A DNA stretch of 61,988 bases, filler included, from Porpidia crustulata (taxonomy: Eukaryota): assembly GCA_964255105.1 (NCBI GenBank). It is 8 parts of 8 records of this genome, joined end to end, with 100 filler letters (N's around TTAATTAATTAA, not from the genome) between each part and the next. Parts side by side here need not be neighbours in the genome. Positions count along the whole stretch, not along the records: positions 46,594 to 54,243 come from CAXUWE010001269.1; positions 54,344 to 61,988 come from CAXUWE010001270.1; 6 more parts are not named here. The stretch is one strand, 5' to 3'. Position 1 is the first letter of the stretch. Every line of letters starts with the position of its first letter. A program made the translations under genes and the position numbers. The notes under the pieces are model-generated. The model had not been told where the DNA came from. It did no database searches and worked only from the letters and a program-made list of their open reading frames with translations. Shown here one piece after another: positions 48,185 through 61,906 of the stretch.

Positions 48185-50977
48185 ATGGCGGGATCTTCAC
48201 CTGTGATTCCGGCGCGGACCTCTCTGCGTCCGAGAGAACAGCATCGACGTTCGTTACCTTCCTCTTCAACAAACACGGCGCGTCGGCGGTCCGCCAATTG
48301 TGTGACTATTCAACCTGCTTCGACGGAAGTCATTTCCTCTTTAATAGAAACGCTCTCCGCCATATCGAGTCCTGCCGAACACCATTTCGAAAATCTCCCT
48401 CGCATAACCGCCTCAATTTCCACACCTTCCTCACCGCGCTACAACACTTCAAATAGTCCTCTTAGTGGCTATGTTCATCATTCGGGTCCAGACCCGGGCA
48501 TCGGCATGGACCATGGCACGCCCAAGAAGTCTCACGAATCAGTGGATGACCTTTTCCTATCCCCTGACCACGCGATGCGTCCACCGGTAGTACCTAAAAC
48601 TCCTGATCGCAGCTTTTTCCAGCCACAATTTCGAGATGTCTCATGGGGTTCGCAGACTGATGCCGGACGTGAGTTGGAACAAGAACATAGTATTGGCAAC
48701 CTCAGCATTGAGCCAGGTACCAGACAATCAAGGACAAGCATTGCCTCGACGGCGAGTGGGGGCAAGAAGAGTGTCAAAAGCTATAAGACCCTAGGTTTCA
48801 AAAGCTCCAGAGATCGAATGCGTGATGGAAACGGGCTAGGAGGTAAAACGAAATCTCGAGAGCACTTGCCCGGCCCCGAGAGCCAGAATTCAGATGCTGA
48901 AGAAACGTCCTCACCTGATCCGTTGATGATCTTCGAAAGTGGGAAGAGTGAGACCTTACATCCTGATTCTCCGCGCTTCTATGGACGGGCGTCATCAGCT
49001 CACTCTTCGACCCGCACTGCAAGACAGTATCCAGAATCTCCACGCGTCACTGCGCGAGCCTCTTCCCTTCATTCTTCTATTAGCGTTACGAAACAAGATA
49101 CGACATTCAACCAATCAAGGGCCAGTTCGGACTTTGTAGGGAGTGGGCTAGCGATCCCTACCAGAGATTCTTCTGTTCGACACACTCACGGCTCAAGCCC
49201 GTCCCGGCGCCAAAGAAGATCCCGCGTGCAGCAAGATGTTGGAAGACCATTCCTAGATGATGGCGCTATCTCCTCCGAATGTGATACTCCCAAACCTTTG
49301 AGCGATGCAGAGGAGGATGATGTTTCGCGCAGGATAAGGGAATTGAAAGAACAGAAGAGGAGAAGAGAAAGCCCACTCACTGTTGCCACAGAAGATTCGC
49401 GGTTGTCTCGCCAAGGAAAGTACGACCGATCACCGCTAAGACAAACGCACAACTTAGCAACTAGCACAAGCCTCAAGCACCAAAATTCTCCAAAGCATAT
49501 AAAGCAAGGCTGGTCTAATGAGAATCATGAGAATAGCGCACCATCTCCGGTAATCGACCAAAGGATCAGCCGGATTAGTGGAGCTCAAGCAAGCTCAGAG
49601 CATAGCAAATCTTATGCCACAAACAAAAACGCTCCTTTGAAGCCCGTCGTCGAAAGCCAGCAGACGAAAAGTAAAGTACCACAAAGAAGCGGTTCCCGTC
49701 TACTGAAGAGGTCCACAAGCCCAACAGTGGTCGAGAAGCATCGAAGGACGTTTTCGAATCCCCTAGCAGTCGAGGATCGATCGTCAAGCCTTGATTCAAT
49801 AGATGATGCGGTGTTTGACTATTTGTCGTCCCCTAGATTATCTCAGAAGATAGCCCATCCAACCACCGGCCGCGTTATTTCCTTTTCAGAGGTTGGAGAT
49901 CCAGAAGGTTTAGCTGTCTTTTGCTGCGTCGGAATGGGCTTGACGAGGTATATTACTGCTTTCTATGACGAACTAGCGTTGACCCTGAAATTGCGGCTCA
50001 TCACCCCTGATCGTCCAGGCGTCGGGGCCAGTGAACCCCACGTCGATGGGACTGACCAGCCTTTACGATGGCCTGACGATGTACTTGCTATATGCCAACA
50101 TCTAAAACTCACCAAATTTTCGATCTTAGCCCACTCTGCTGGTGCCATCTACGCTTTAGCCACTGCCCTTCGCATGCCACAGCATATTCGTGGCCGGGTC
50201 CACCTTCTGGCTCCCTGGATTCCTCCCTCTCAAATGTCTGCCATCGGTACCCAGCAAGATTCTTTGCCCGTTAGTGCTATGCCTTATTCCCAGCGCTTTC
50301 TTCGTTCCTTGCCTACCACGTTTTTGAAAGCCGCCAATTCCAACTTCTTTAGCACTACGAGTGCCAGCATTACCACCAGTCTTCCCAAGTCACCACGGCG
50401 CTCCAGGCGGAAGAGCGTGCCTACCGAAGTACCGGAAGCCTTGAATGCTAGTCGACATGAATCCTCTAAGCAGCCTAAGGTGCAAGATTCCAGGAAGGAG
50501 AGAAGCTCAGCCACGCACAGCTTTGCGATCTCAGACGATTCTGATTTAGGCCCATCAATGATTGACCCGGAAGCCGAAAAAGAGCGTCAATCGGACTACG
50601 ACACACGTCTCACAGAAGCAATCTGGGCCGCTGCCACCACAAATGCTAACCCTGCTGTTGATCTCCTAGTCTGTTTGGAACGGCGACAGCCGATTGGCTT
50701 TAGATACGTCGACATCACCCGCTCGGTCGTGATTCATCATGGTAGTAAAGATACCAGGGTTCCTGTAGAGAATGCCAAATGGCTGGGCAAAACAATGCGG
50801 AGATGCGAGGTCCGAGTGTTAGAGGGAGAAGGTCACGGCTTAATGGCAAGTGCTGGGGTTATGGGCAGTATTCTGATGGAGATGGCAAGGGAGTGGGAAG
50901 ATTGGATCACGCTCGTCCAGGGCAAAGAAGGCTTAGAGAGGGCGCGATTGGGAAGACGAGTGACGACTGCTGTGTGA
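48185..50977 (+). CDS. Alpha/beta-hydrolase with a long low-complexity N-terminus
   Basis: GRVISFSEVGDP, LRLITPDRPGVG, nucleophile elbow AHSAG, HGSKDTRVP, GEGHGLMA. Confidence 0.88.
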   Translation: MAGSSPVIPARTSLRPREQHRRSLPSSSTNTARRRSANCVTIQPASTEVISSLIETLSAISSPAEHHFENLPRITASISTPSSPRYNTSNSPLSGYVHHSGPDPGIGMDHGTPKKSHESVDDLFLSPDHAMRPPVVPKTPDRSFFQPQFRDVSWGSQTDAGRELEQEHSIGNLSIEPGTRQSRTSIASTASGGKKSVKSYKTLGFKSSRDRMRDGNGLGGKTKSREHLPGPESQNSDAEETSSPDPLMIFESGKSETLHPDSPRFYGRASSAHSSTRTARQYPESPRVTARASSLHSSISVTKQDTTFNQSRASSDFVGSGLAIPTRDSSVRHTHGSSPSRRQRRSRVQQDVGRPFLDDGAISSECDTPKPLSDAEEDDVSRRIRELKEQKRRRESPLTVATEDSRLSRQGKYDRSPLRQTHNLATSTSLKHQNSPKHIKQGWSNENHENSAPSPVIDQRISRISGAQASSEHSKSYATNKNAPLKPVVESQQTKSKVPQRSGSRLLKRSTSPTVVEKHRRTFSNPLAVEDRSSSLDSIDDAVFDYLSSPRLSQKIAHPTTGRVISFSEVGDPEGLAVFCCVGMGLTRYITAFYDELALTLKLRLITPDRPGVGASEPHVDGTDQPLRWPDDVLAICQHLKLTKFSILAHSAGAIYALATALRMPQHIRGRVHLLAPWIPPSQMSAIGTQQDSLPVSAMPYSQRFLRSLPTTFLKAANSNFFSTTSASITTSLPKSPRRSRRKSVPTEVPEALNASRHESSKQPKVQDSRKERSSATHSFAISDDSDLGPSMIDPEAEKERQSDYDTRLTEAIWAAATTNANPAVDLLVCLERRQPIGFRYVDITRSVVIHHGSKDTRVPVENAKWLGKTMRRCEVRVLEGEGHGLMASAGVMGSILMEMAREWEDWITLVQGKEGLERARLGRRVTTAV

Positions 50978-51594
50978 GCATCTAACGCCAAGGTAAGAAT
51001 ACCCATTTTATGCAATATTACAAGCGACGATACCAGGTCGCGGAGACCATGTTTCATTATGAGTGGTGGGGGTTTGGTGCGGCTTCATCTTGAGAGACCT
51101 ACTGGATATAGGTCACTCACCAAGATAACAATTATAGTGAACAACAAGTAGCTTACTGGTTAAGCATTGTAATGATAATAAATTTTCGACATAGCGAATG
51201 ATTGTAAAGCGTAGTGGCAGTAATAGGACATACTTTTGCTGCTAGATGGATCATTCGAGGACGCACGTGATATGGAACTATAGGGCTGACGCGCTTAGCC
51301 CTTCTTTGAACATCAGCGCAACCCGAATGGTAAGGGACTTTAAAAACGGACGCGATTTAGGTCGAACTTCAAAGTTGTGACAGGGCATTTCCTTTGCGCC
51401 AGCACCGTTCAACGCCCCTGAGGTCTTTTGCTTTGCTTCAGCTTCTTGGTGCTCCCGGGCACGCTTCGCCAATTTTCTGCCATTGTTGAGAATGGCCTTT
51501 TGGACCAAGAGGTGAAGATTGACATATCAAGCAAGACCGCAACGCAAGTTGCGCGTTTCTTCTTTTCGACTCCTCGGGCAAGGCATTAGCCGCC

Positions 51595-53532
51595 ATGACT
51601 GCCCAAACGACACCGCAAGCGTTTATAAGTAGCTATGCTCCTCGATTACGAGCTTACGCCAACTCGCTTCTTACACCTGTCATTCCGCCCACCACCGCTC
51701 AAAATGCTCCTCTGTCGCGAACAACCAAACGAGGCACCATCGCTATCAATTATGCTGAGGATGGATATGATGATGATGATTTCGATGATAGTGAAGGACC
51801 AAGGCGACCTACAGGCTTGCGAAGCCGACGGGAGGATCCAAACCAGGGGAGGGAAGCGCTTGTGGACAAACTAGGAAAAGAGTTGACTGCACCAGTTGAA
51901 GTTCAGGGTATTTGGAGAGACTGGATGGGGAAGCCCAAGTTAGTGAGGTATGACACCCACACTCCTACAACAGGCAGGACCGCGTTGACATAATGTCATT
52001 TCAGGACAGACAAACAGCTTCATGCCCAAACGGCGTTACCACTGACACTCATTCCTATCCGCATCGATCTTGATATTCCGTCATTTATCCCTCATCCTGC
52101 CCTACCATTCCCAACAGACCTCCACAGCGTTCAGATCAACACGAATCATCCCGCTTACAAGTCTCCTGAAGCGACTCCGCCCTACCGATTAAAAGACGTC
52201 TTCCTGTGGAACCTGCACGAAACGTTGATAACGCCAGACCAATTCGCTAGCATTCTTATCAACGATCTTGATCTACCGAACGCTGGTGGTCTAGCTATAC
52301 AAGTCGCGACTCAAATTCGAACCCAGCTAGAAGAGTATGCAGGAGTAGCCCTACATCCCCTATTCCACTCGACGAGCACTACTGCCGGTAATGGCACCAT
52401 AGTAAAGACGATCCAAGCTGGTAACTCAAGAGATCAATCGGCAACACCGAATCGTGCAGGCTCGCGCACTCCTCTTGTGAATGGTCATGATAGAAATGGA
52501 GTTGTCAATGGGGTTACACCAACATCTTACGGGACCAAGGGCATAAGTGCTTCAGCGTCGCATATTACATTACCAGCCTCCGATATGTATAATCCCGATG
52601 ACACATACCGTTGCATCGTCACCCTGAATATCCATCTTCAGAACAAGCTCTTCACCGACAAGTTTGAATGGTCATTGTTGCACCCGCCTGGTGTAGCGGA
52701 ACGGTTTGCGAAGCAGACATGTGCGGATATGAGCCTGTCGGGAGAATGGGTACCAGCCATGACCCATGCCATCTACGAGGCCGTCCTTCGGCTAAAGAAA
52801 GAAGCATGCGAAAGCGGTGGCTTAGTGGGCGGTAACGGCTACGGAATTGCCAATGATGCTCTAGATGGTCAGGAAGCCGGATGGAGATATGACAACGAAC
52901 ACTTAGCAGATGAATGGGAACCAAAGATCGAAAGACTGTCGAAAGAGGAAATCGAGAAGAGAGAAGGAGACCGGGAGAGGCAAATTAGGAGATTGCGACG
53001 AGAGACGGCTAGATTCTCTTCAACGACAAACCTTGTTGGTGGGATGCCGACCACGAGCGGCTACTTCGATCAACCGGAGACCTCAGAGACGCCAATGGGA
53101 AGAGGGGAGAGGAGTAAGAAGAAGCGGCGGTTCAGGAGCTTGAGTCCGTTGGCAAGAAGCGGCACCCCGGGCGGCAGGGGAACGCCTGATACGGGTGCTG
53201 CTGGGTATGGTGGTGGTGGAGCCTTGAACGACTGGTAAGATTGACCATTGCTCTTGTCACCCCTGAATGCTACTGACTGCAAGACACAGGGAAAGGCAAA
53301 CATGGCGATGTTCCCACTGCTCCGTTCATGGGTCTGCCGTCTGGGCCGTTCGAGATGGGCCCAACGGGCCAAGGGTAAGATAATCGCAGCCTCCCTCTCT
53401 CCAGCATCATCTCACTAAACACTCTTCCAGACTCTCTGCAATAATTGTGGCCTTACGTACGAGCGCGACAAACGCCTGCCGCCATGGGCGAAAAACATGC
53501 ATATCCTGGAGTTTCCCATTGGGGCGCGGTGA
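51595..53532 (+). CDS. SFH1: RSC subunit Sfh1 (SNF5 domain plus C-terminal GATA-like zinc finger), 4 exons
   Basis: QAFISSYAPRLR, LIPIRIDLD, RLKDVFLWNLHE, FTDKFEWSL, EIEKREGDRERQIRRLRRET, CSHC-x20-CNNC. Confidence 0.9.
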
Positions 53533-54343
53533 TGAAAGTTCCAAGGATCTTGAGAAGCTCATTTACATTTTCCACTTTCTCATGCGATGATCATTTCCCT
53601 GGAGCTTGAGGCGATGGTTGAAATGACTACGGAGCATATTTGCGGCGTTTCTCGACCGGGGGGTTCCATTCGGTTCGATTTAAAGGGTAACCTGCATTCA
53701 TGTTTTATGTACTATAGCGCGGAGTGACGAGGAGTAAGATATCAGGGAGATGAGGATAGATTCGGATGGCTAATAATGTTGTTCCATCCCGCCCTGTCTG
53801 ATCCTTTCCTCTCGCCACTTCTTCTGGTTCGGATGAGAGCCACTGCGAGTAAAGCTTCCAAGGCTTGAGGCCACCGTGCTAACCTGCCCCTCCAATGACA
53901 CGCTCAAAGCAAACGCTGAAGCAGATAAAAAAGCTCTTGAGATATAATGTACCTCCGCCTCTACGCCCGTCTCCGAAACTCCCCCTCCTTCCCCACTCGC
54001 TGGCGAGGTTCATCGGTGCGTAGCTACCATTCTAGGCAGTCACTTCGCCGGCTATCCGCTTCCTCGATGGCATTTCCGCCGGTTCCTGTCCCTCGTCAGC
54101 CAAGGCTTAAGAAACCCCACTGAAAGCACCATCTCCAACTTACCGAACCCGCTCGCCTCTTCCGCCGCATCTCATCCCCGTTCCACTCTCCCTCCTCCTG
54201 CCCCTGTCCCCTGCTCTGCCCCGCAGCCTGTACAATTTTCTTCNNNNNNNNNNNNNNNNNNNNNNNNNNNNNNNNNNNNNNNNNNNNTTAATTAATTAAN
54301 NNNNNNNNNNNNNNNNNNNNNNNNNNNNNNNNNNNNNNNNNNN

Positions 54344-55968
54344 CCCTCCAATGGCGCGATATACAATGGCGCGCTGATATTATTCCGCTTGCCGAGCCCG
54401 AGCTGGAAGAACTCATTGCCGCCCCACCAGACGACATCGGCGCCCCAGTTGGTGGACTCGGCGGAGTCGCGATCCGACACGGCGACGTGGGTGACGTTGT
54501 CCATGGTGGCGGAGACGTGGGTGGAGCCAACGCTGAGACGCTTGAGGCGGATGGGCACGACGGTGCGGTTGGGCTCGTCGTATTCGAAGAGGCCGCTGAG
54601 GGCTTTGATCTTGACCGGCGTGCCTTGGACGTGGGACCATCGGCCGGTGCCGAGGGTGCCGAGGATACCTTGGCCGCAGGCCCAGGTGTCGGCGGTGATG
54701 CGACCGAGCTGGGTGGCGGGGGTGGAATCGCCTGGCTGGGCGACTCGAGTGGCGTCGACGGTGAAGAAGGAATTGGCGCCGCCGGCGGAGATGGAGGTGA
54801 CGGTCGGAGAGAGGAAAGTTCCGGCGTAGAGCTTTTGGATGGGAATGAGGGAAGGGACATCGATGTAGAGGGAGTCTTGGGAGGGGTCGAAGCCGAGTTG
54901 GCCGGAGGAGTTGTCGCCAAAGGAGAAGACGCGGCCTTGTTTGTCGAGAGCGAGGGAGTGGTAGTCTCCGGCTGCGATGGAGGAGATGTCAAAGCCGCGG
55001 AGGGTAATGATTTCGTGCGGTTGGTCGTAGGCGCCTGAAGGGCGGGTAGTCCAAGTGAGGCCGGAGACACCCAGTTGACCGCGGGAGGGGAACTCTTCGC
55101 TACTGGAGGCGGCGCTGAATAGGCGGCCGGCCGAGGTAAGGAGCAGGACATGTTCGAGACCAGAAGCTATCGAACAAACCTTCTCGTTCCACCCCATGTC
55201 TTTGGGCTTGACGGTGCGATAGCTGATATCTGACGCAAAAGACAGGTACGGGATCCAACTACCCTCTGAAGGCTTCGGACCCATGGCCTGATCTTCCTGG
55301 GATATTGGGAGGGAGTAAACCTGACCCTTGGAACTCAAGGCAAGGATTCTGTCTCTTGACATTGTGAGGGATACCAGTCCTTTCCCGGTCAAGGTGGGCG
55401 TAGGCCCCCGAGAGTCTTTGGAATACCCAACACCCCATTGTAGAAGATCCCCATTCTCAGTGATCGCAGCGCCGAAATTCCGGTCGAGCTTGATATCCCG
55501 TAGGAGGACCCCATCAAAGAACGGTATTCTCCTGGGTGTTCTAACTACTGTGTCGTCCGAGTCGGGCGCTACAACCCTTCCACTGTTTGAGCCCCATGCA
55601 TAAACTCCCGGATTCTCCCAGCTCAGCTTAACTTGTAAATGTTGAGAACTTATCAATTCACGATTCTCCTCTTTCGAGAGCCCCTTTTTCCTTCTGGCTT
55701 TTTCGATCTTTATTTCCACTGGCGCCGGAGGTGCGTCGGCATGAAGCTCTCTAAGTCCGAGACGCTTCGATCCATGAAAGAGAGCAGCACCGACGCCAAG
55801 CCCAATCAAACATTGTAAGAAGAGCCTTTCGGATTCCGAGGACCTGGATTTTGTCGACCCACTGCTGATCTTCCGACTCTTGATGTGTGCAGAATAACCA
55901 GTTGTACTTCGCTGGGAAGATCTGTAGAGTTCTCTAAAGGCTCGCGACCCTGGTCTGAGGGAGTACAT
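54344..55968 (-). CDS. FMP25: Mitochondrial RCC1/BLIP-II repeat protein Fmp25-like, 3' end truncated
   Basis: Arg/Ser-rich presequence, TM helix, SWENPGVYAWGSNSG, IASGLEH, AAGDYHSLAL, FGDNSSGQLG, WGGNEFFQLG. Confidence 0.82.
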
Positions 55969-56879
55969 GTCCTGCCAATGCTATGTATACATGAGGAACG
56001 CACAATGGAGACTAGGTAGGTTGTTGTTATGCGCCACTACATGCTTAGATTACATATGTGTGTCTCTCTCACGCCTCAGTCATCCCGATTCTCTACTTCA
56101 AATCAACTGCGTCATCCCAGCCTTAGCGCGACAAGCGCAGCTCTGCCACTTTACAGAGTCAATGAGCCTCAGATATCTTCCTACAACATGGACCAAGTAC
56201 CCAACTTACCCAAGTACATTCCGACGTGTATGTTATGATGTCTAGTGATGCTCATTTGGCAGAGGATTTCTTCATGGAGCTTACAATTGATACGTACGAC
56301 GTGGCCAAGATAGTGAGGCAGTTCTTTTAGTTTCTGAGATTTTCACAATATGCTTCACCAGCTTCCATGTGATTTTGATGAGGGCTACAAATCCGAATTG
56401 CTAGTAAATCTGTCCATGGCCTGCGATGGAGGTAAGACATAGGATAGGAAGATCGACAAGCATCGACAAGCATCGGCAATGCATTTCTTGTAGAGGTACT
56501 GCACTTATCATGATATTTTGCATCACCTGAGGAGTTAATAGCTTGTGATCATATATGCTCGAAATTATACTGCCAATGAATTTTCTGTTTGATCCATTCA
56601 AAAGCACCGATCCGAGGTTCAAGCCTCAATTATTACCACCAGTCACCCACAGCCGATCGTCGAGCAAGCTGAGCAATATATTAAAGGAGTGTGCATCTAG
56701 TGATTGGATTACTTACATTTGTAGTAGACGTCTTTTCCAGAGCCCGAGGTCAAGAACAAGTAAAGAGAAGTAAAGCTGCGCTTGTGGCCAGGAGCGGTGT
56801 ACTGACGAAGTAGGAAATGTCAGTCCATGTAAGGATTCATGATTACACGGGTAAAAGAACAGTCGAGGACCCTTACACC

Positions 56880-57537
56880 CTAGGATACGGGAGCATTGAT
56901 GATACGCTCAGCCTTGTTCTCATGGGCGACACCGGCTTTGTCAAAGCAAATTGGAACTCCGCAGTCAGGGTAATCTGCTTGTCGCTTGTCAACCTCACCG
57001 TTGATGGCGAATCCCTTGGCAACAAGCTCCTTTTTATTCATGGCCATTCCGGTCTCTTGAGGGTATGCGCCACGCTTGGTTAATGGCGTCGGAGGGATCT
57101 CGCCATCAGCGTATGACAAACATTCTGCGACCAGCCAGGCGCCCGTGGGATCATTGCACTGAGTCGGCATGGGAGTAGACGTAGGAGTAGGGGGCGCAGG
57201 AGTCACAGGAACCTGATATAAGCTCGCGAACATGTTCGTGGTGCAACAAATTAAAGGCGTAATCCATGGGTTAGGGGGAATATGGCAGAGTAGGCTAAGG
57301 TTAAAAGTAGAAATTATGCAACTGGATACAAGTGACAATTGTCATTGATAGGAAGAATCATCGCAGTATGATCGACAGCACGCGCGATGTGTTCGACCTG
57401 TAGCGCAGTGAGTTCACCCTGTAGAAATCACGTTGGTTAAGAAGCTGGAGCAGACTCACATCCTCAACCGGTGCTGCAACAGCTATAGCAACGAGAGTGA
57501 CTACCATAGTAGCTAGATCAGAGACACGGATCTTCAT
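56880..57537 (-). CDS. Small secreted Cys-containing protein with KR sites; exon structure uncertain
   Basis: MKIRVSDLATMVVTLVAIAVAAPVED followed by a GTGAGT...CTACAG intron; the downstream ORF has LTKR, VDKR and paired Cys. Confidence 0.55.
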
Positions 57538-59786
57538 TCTGATATTGATGCTTGCCCTTGAAGTTTTATCAGGTCTGCGCTTCAAAAAAGGGTTACTAAT
57601 GGATTGAAGGGAAGAAGATGTCGAAGAGGAAATGAGATATGGGAGAGGAAGAAGAAGGTAGAAGTGCTTTTTGAGGGTGGTGCGGCGGGTAGGTGTTACC
57701 TAGGAGCCGTATCGGGCCTTAACTTGGTAAATGATGTGAGGGGAATCTATGATTGAAAGTGATTACCGAGCATCGTCTGAGCCGATGCACTGAGCCTAGC
57801 ATTCAACCATAAAATGCCGGTATAGATACCGGATATGGAGCCAGCAGTCACGAAAGCTACGATAAGTTCGGAGTCTTTGAAGATATTCGAACGGCCTAGG
57901 AACTCAACAGGCTGCTACCTCAAGATATCATAGTGCATTCATGATACCTTCTTTGACTCTACCCTTCCAAGTTCATGGACACACTATGAATGAGGGAAAC
58001 GTTATTAGGTAGCCATGAGCAAACGCCCTCGATCTAATTAATAACATTAGGAGAGTCGAAAGGCAAAACATCCGTAATCAAAATCAGCCTAAAAGTGGAT
58101 CAAAGGTCCTATCCGTGGCCAGTCCCATCACAGTGATTCCTTCTCCCCATTATCTTCTTGGTTGTTTTCCTGCTCCTGATATGCGTCTCAGAACGAGGAG
58201 CCCTTGACAGGAACAAATAGAAGCTATGTGTTACGCGAATCAACGAATCTGCCTTGCACACAGTCCGTATACTTCAATGTGTGAGCAGTCCTAGGCCACT
58301 GGTCCAGATGCCACGGTAGCATAGCCTTATTAGAGTAAGACTGTGCGAGTTGAAACTCAAATGCAGGCTGAGCATCGTTTGTGATTTGGAAGACTCCATT
58401 CGAACATTCGATCAGCTACGAGATAGCGGTGAGGAATGCAAGAGAAAGTAAATTGCTTGGCTGTGAGGACTTGAAGCATTCGTACGGCAGAAGTATCTGA
58501 AAGAAGACATAGGATTTGTGGTATTTTTCTGCAAATCATGGAAGCGACCATTGAAATGAAACCATCTAGATAATTCCAGAAGGCACTTACAGACTATCCT
58601 CTAATATCTTCGAGTGCGGAAGTATTCCAGGATAGTATACTGCTCGCTCTCATTGAGGGCCGACGTGTAGATAGACATGATGCTTTTGCGGATCCATCAC
58701 CAGTTGGGCCGCTCTACCCGTCGGGCTTCGCGCTTAAAGTTGATTGGCAAAACTGGAGGACGAAGAATACACTTCATCATCGACGCAGTAGAGCGAAAGC
58801 ATCACGGAACGGCTTTTCGCGATATGAGAGTAAATTTCTCACCCAGTCTATTGAGAAATTCGACAACAGACGGGGTTATGTTCGCGCAGATTGGTAGATG
58901 ATAGTTAGGTAGCAGAGAAGGACGTTTGACGTCACGCGGCTTTAGTAAGCGGAGCTATCGTACCACGGTACTAAATGATAGCCCGCAGGCCGCGCTGCGC
59001 ACGTTTAGATACAACCACCATTCTAGTATGAGATATCAAGTACCTTCCCAGATCATATCACCTCCCTGGTGCCTGGTCTTGTGCTCGGATACGATCATAC
59101 CGTTTCAGTCAGTGATTGGTAAATGATATCTAAGAGCCGAAGTCGTGGACGGATCCAAGCCACTAGAGTTTACAACTACTACTGGCCGATGATAGAGCCA
59201 CAAAGCACCTCAGCTGTCTCTTTCAAGGAATATGATTTCTAAGCACTGTGTTGGAGGCTGAAGCCTGCGTCTAGGATTAGCGCCATATATTAGGTCGCAG
59301 ATGATAGAGATCTACTACTGTGTCCTCAGGGAGACTGTACCAATATGGGCAAACGTCGCGATGCCTTCCAATTCGGAGTGTCTTTCAGCTCGGGATGGAT
59401 TATAAACTTCCTTCTAAGGCCGAATCGCTTCCGTCATTCTATTTTGTGTTCATTTGCCACATGGAATCATGTAACCCTGCGTTCCAAGGACCATCAGGTT
59501 GGGACGTCCGGGCCGTTCCAGAGCCTACCTCCATGTAGGAACAGATGTTACTCACTGCAGGCCGCCTTACTCTCACAATGTTTAAGTGTGCTGGAGCTAG
59601 GCCAATCATCTTTTACTCTATGTTTCTTCGAGAGTATTTATATACCCAGGTCATGATGGATGTCCTCATTATACCTTTTCGTGCTTTCTGCGAGTGCAGA
59701 AAACGCTCAGACTCCCAATCTTGCGTCAGTCCCCAGGCTTTCTGCAAGTACCTGAATAGGCTTCCGATCTCAGGATTGCGTCAGTC

Positions 59787-61622
59787 ATGTCTTACTCGCA
59801 ACCACGTAGCCGTGGTTGTCATGCATGCAGAGCAATGAAGGTCAAGGTTTGTCATCAACCGCATATAACTGCTGACAAAAGCAAAGATCGACTCGGGCCC
59901 CTCGGCTAACTTGATTATAGTGTGACCAGACCCTACCTCAATGTCACAGATGTACGAATGCCGGACGAACTTGTCCAGGTTATCGAGGCGAAGCCGATTT
60001 GATCTTTAGGGATATGAATCAGGCCACGGAAGAGAAAGTGCAGACTCGAGTTCAGGAGAGCTTGAGCAGGCGCGTGTCGCAAGGGGAGATTCGATCTTTG
60101 ACGCCGACTGCTGGAACTATAGGCGCTGGAGTAAGCGCTTCTACCGCCGTATCAAACCAAGGTTCAGCATCTACTGGTAGTGGAATATCTCTCGATCCTA
60201 TGGGGTATGTACCGCTACCCCTTAGACCTGACTGGCAAGCGCAAGTTGCGAGATTTTTCTTCTCGGAATTTACCTTTCGCTCTGGTGCGATAGGGGTGTC
60301 AGTTGGGCATCTTGAATATCTACCAGATTTATGCAGAGAAGAACCTAAGTCTCAAGGCTTAACGGAGGCACTGGATGCTGTATCTTTTGCTCATGTAGCC
60401 TCTCGCTCAAGCCTTGGGTGGCTCATACTCCGTGCAAGGCAGTCGTAAGTCATCTCATCCCCATACGATAGAGAAGCTCAAGGCACTAATGATCATGTAG
60501 CTATGGAAAAGCGCTTATCTCCCTCACTGCAACTCTTCGTACGGCTGATGCACATAAAGACAGCACTTTAGCAACAGTGATTCTGATGAGCATGTATGAG
60601 GTAAGAATTTCTTTCCAATTGACCATTACGTACTAGGGTCTGACATAGACGACCAGATGATCAGTGGTGAGAAACCTCAAGATAAAGTATGGGATTCCCA
60701 TGGCGGTGGACGGGAATTTCTTTTACGGCTCCGTGGCTTACAGCAGTTTGAATCGGAGCGTGGGAAAAGCCTCTTCCGTAACTGCTATACCCAGATGGTG
60801 AGTTCCATGGACTGCGTAATTTCTCATTCCCATTTGCTGGCTATCAATTCTGACAAAACCGATAAGTCCATGACAGCTTTATCAAAAAGCCGTGGGCTCC
60901 CGGACGAGTCACCCGAGTGGCTAAGTCATCTCGAGCAAGGTCCGTCCACCCACCTAGCAATGTGCGTCTATAAAATATCCCGCATCCGCGCGGCTGTACC
61001 GGAGCTTCTTGTTGGAGACCTCACTGAGCAATCAAATCAGCAGCGCTTGATTCAGCTCCTACATCAAGGAATATCTATGGATGTGGAGCTTCAATCCTGG
61101 AGTGACGGACTGTCAGATGCTTACCACTACAAGGAGCTTTGCGTTGCTTATGCGCCTCAGCAGCAAACCTCACACGTACTGCCAATGCAACCGAACAACG
61201 TGCACGTCTACCATGATATTTGGGTAGCAAGCCTCTGGAACCACTATCGTTTCGCTCGCATCAGACTACTCGAAACCCTCATGGATTGTGAGTCTCGACT
61301 GGATTACTCCGAAAACCTTGAGATGCGGCTGCAAGAATCTAGCATTGGTGTCCAGAGTTCGAACGAGACCATTGTCAAAATGATCGATGATATCTGCGCC
61401 AGCGTCCCCTTTCTCATGGGAGACATCGATGTCGAAGGAAACTTGAACCGAGGCTCCGGTGGTATTGCACTAGGTGGTTATTACCTCCTATGGCCTCTAC
61501 ACGTCGCCAGTTCGACCAAAACAATCGGTGCTGATCAAAAGGCGTGGATTAAAGGACGGCTCCGTCATTTGGGTACAGTCATGGGAATCAATCAGGCACA
61601 CCTGCTTGCCGCGATGGTGTAA
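59787..61622 (+). CDS. Zn(II)2Cys6 transcription factor (Fungal_trans_2 type), multi-exon
   Basis: SRGCHACRAMKVK/CDQTLPQCHRCTNAGRTCPGYR; RLRGLQQF; WNHYRFARI; ICASVPF; GGYYLLWPL. Confidence 0.9.
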
Positions 61623-61881
61623 TCGTTACACCTTGTTGATATCATCCTCCAGGATTTGTTCATCCATATCACGATTAGATTGAAAATTCTCGCCGCCATG
61701 AAATGAAACGACTGAATGAGCCACTCCTATTCTTATCTCGATTGATTTGCGACTTCTCGGGGGAAAAGCTGGACTTCTGATTTCCAACCGCCTAAATAGA
61801 CTGCCCATACACCCAGAAGAACAATCGTCCTTGCTCACATAAACAGATCTTGCTCAAACAAAACACGAATCCTACAAATAC

Positions 61882-61906
61882 AAAAAAAAAAAAAAAAAAA
61901 AAAAAA
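61882..61906 (+). repeat. Poly-A tract before an A/C-biased, probably low-quality contig end
   Basis: About 25 consecutive A; the sequence after it is nearly G-free. Confidence 0.7.

Noticed and set aside
7676..54343. TTAATTAATTAA recurring every ~7.76 kb as a biological repeat
   Set aside because: It is an all-frame stop linker embedded in Ns by the assembly pipeline.
56452..56484. Tandem ATCGACAAGC repeats, and the GA run at about 175-191
   Set aside because: Short simple repeats with no evidence of function.
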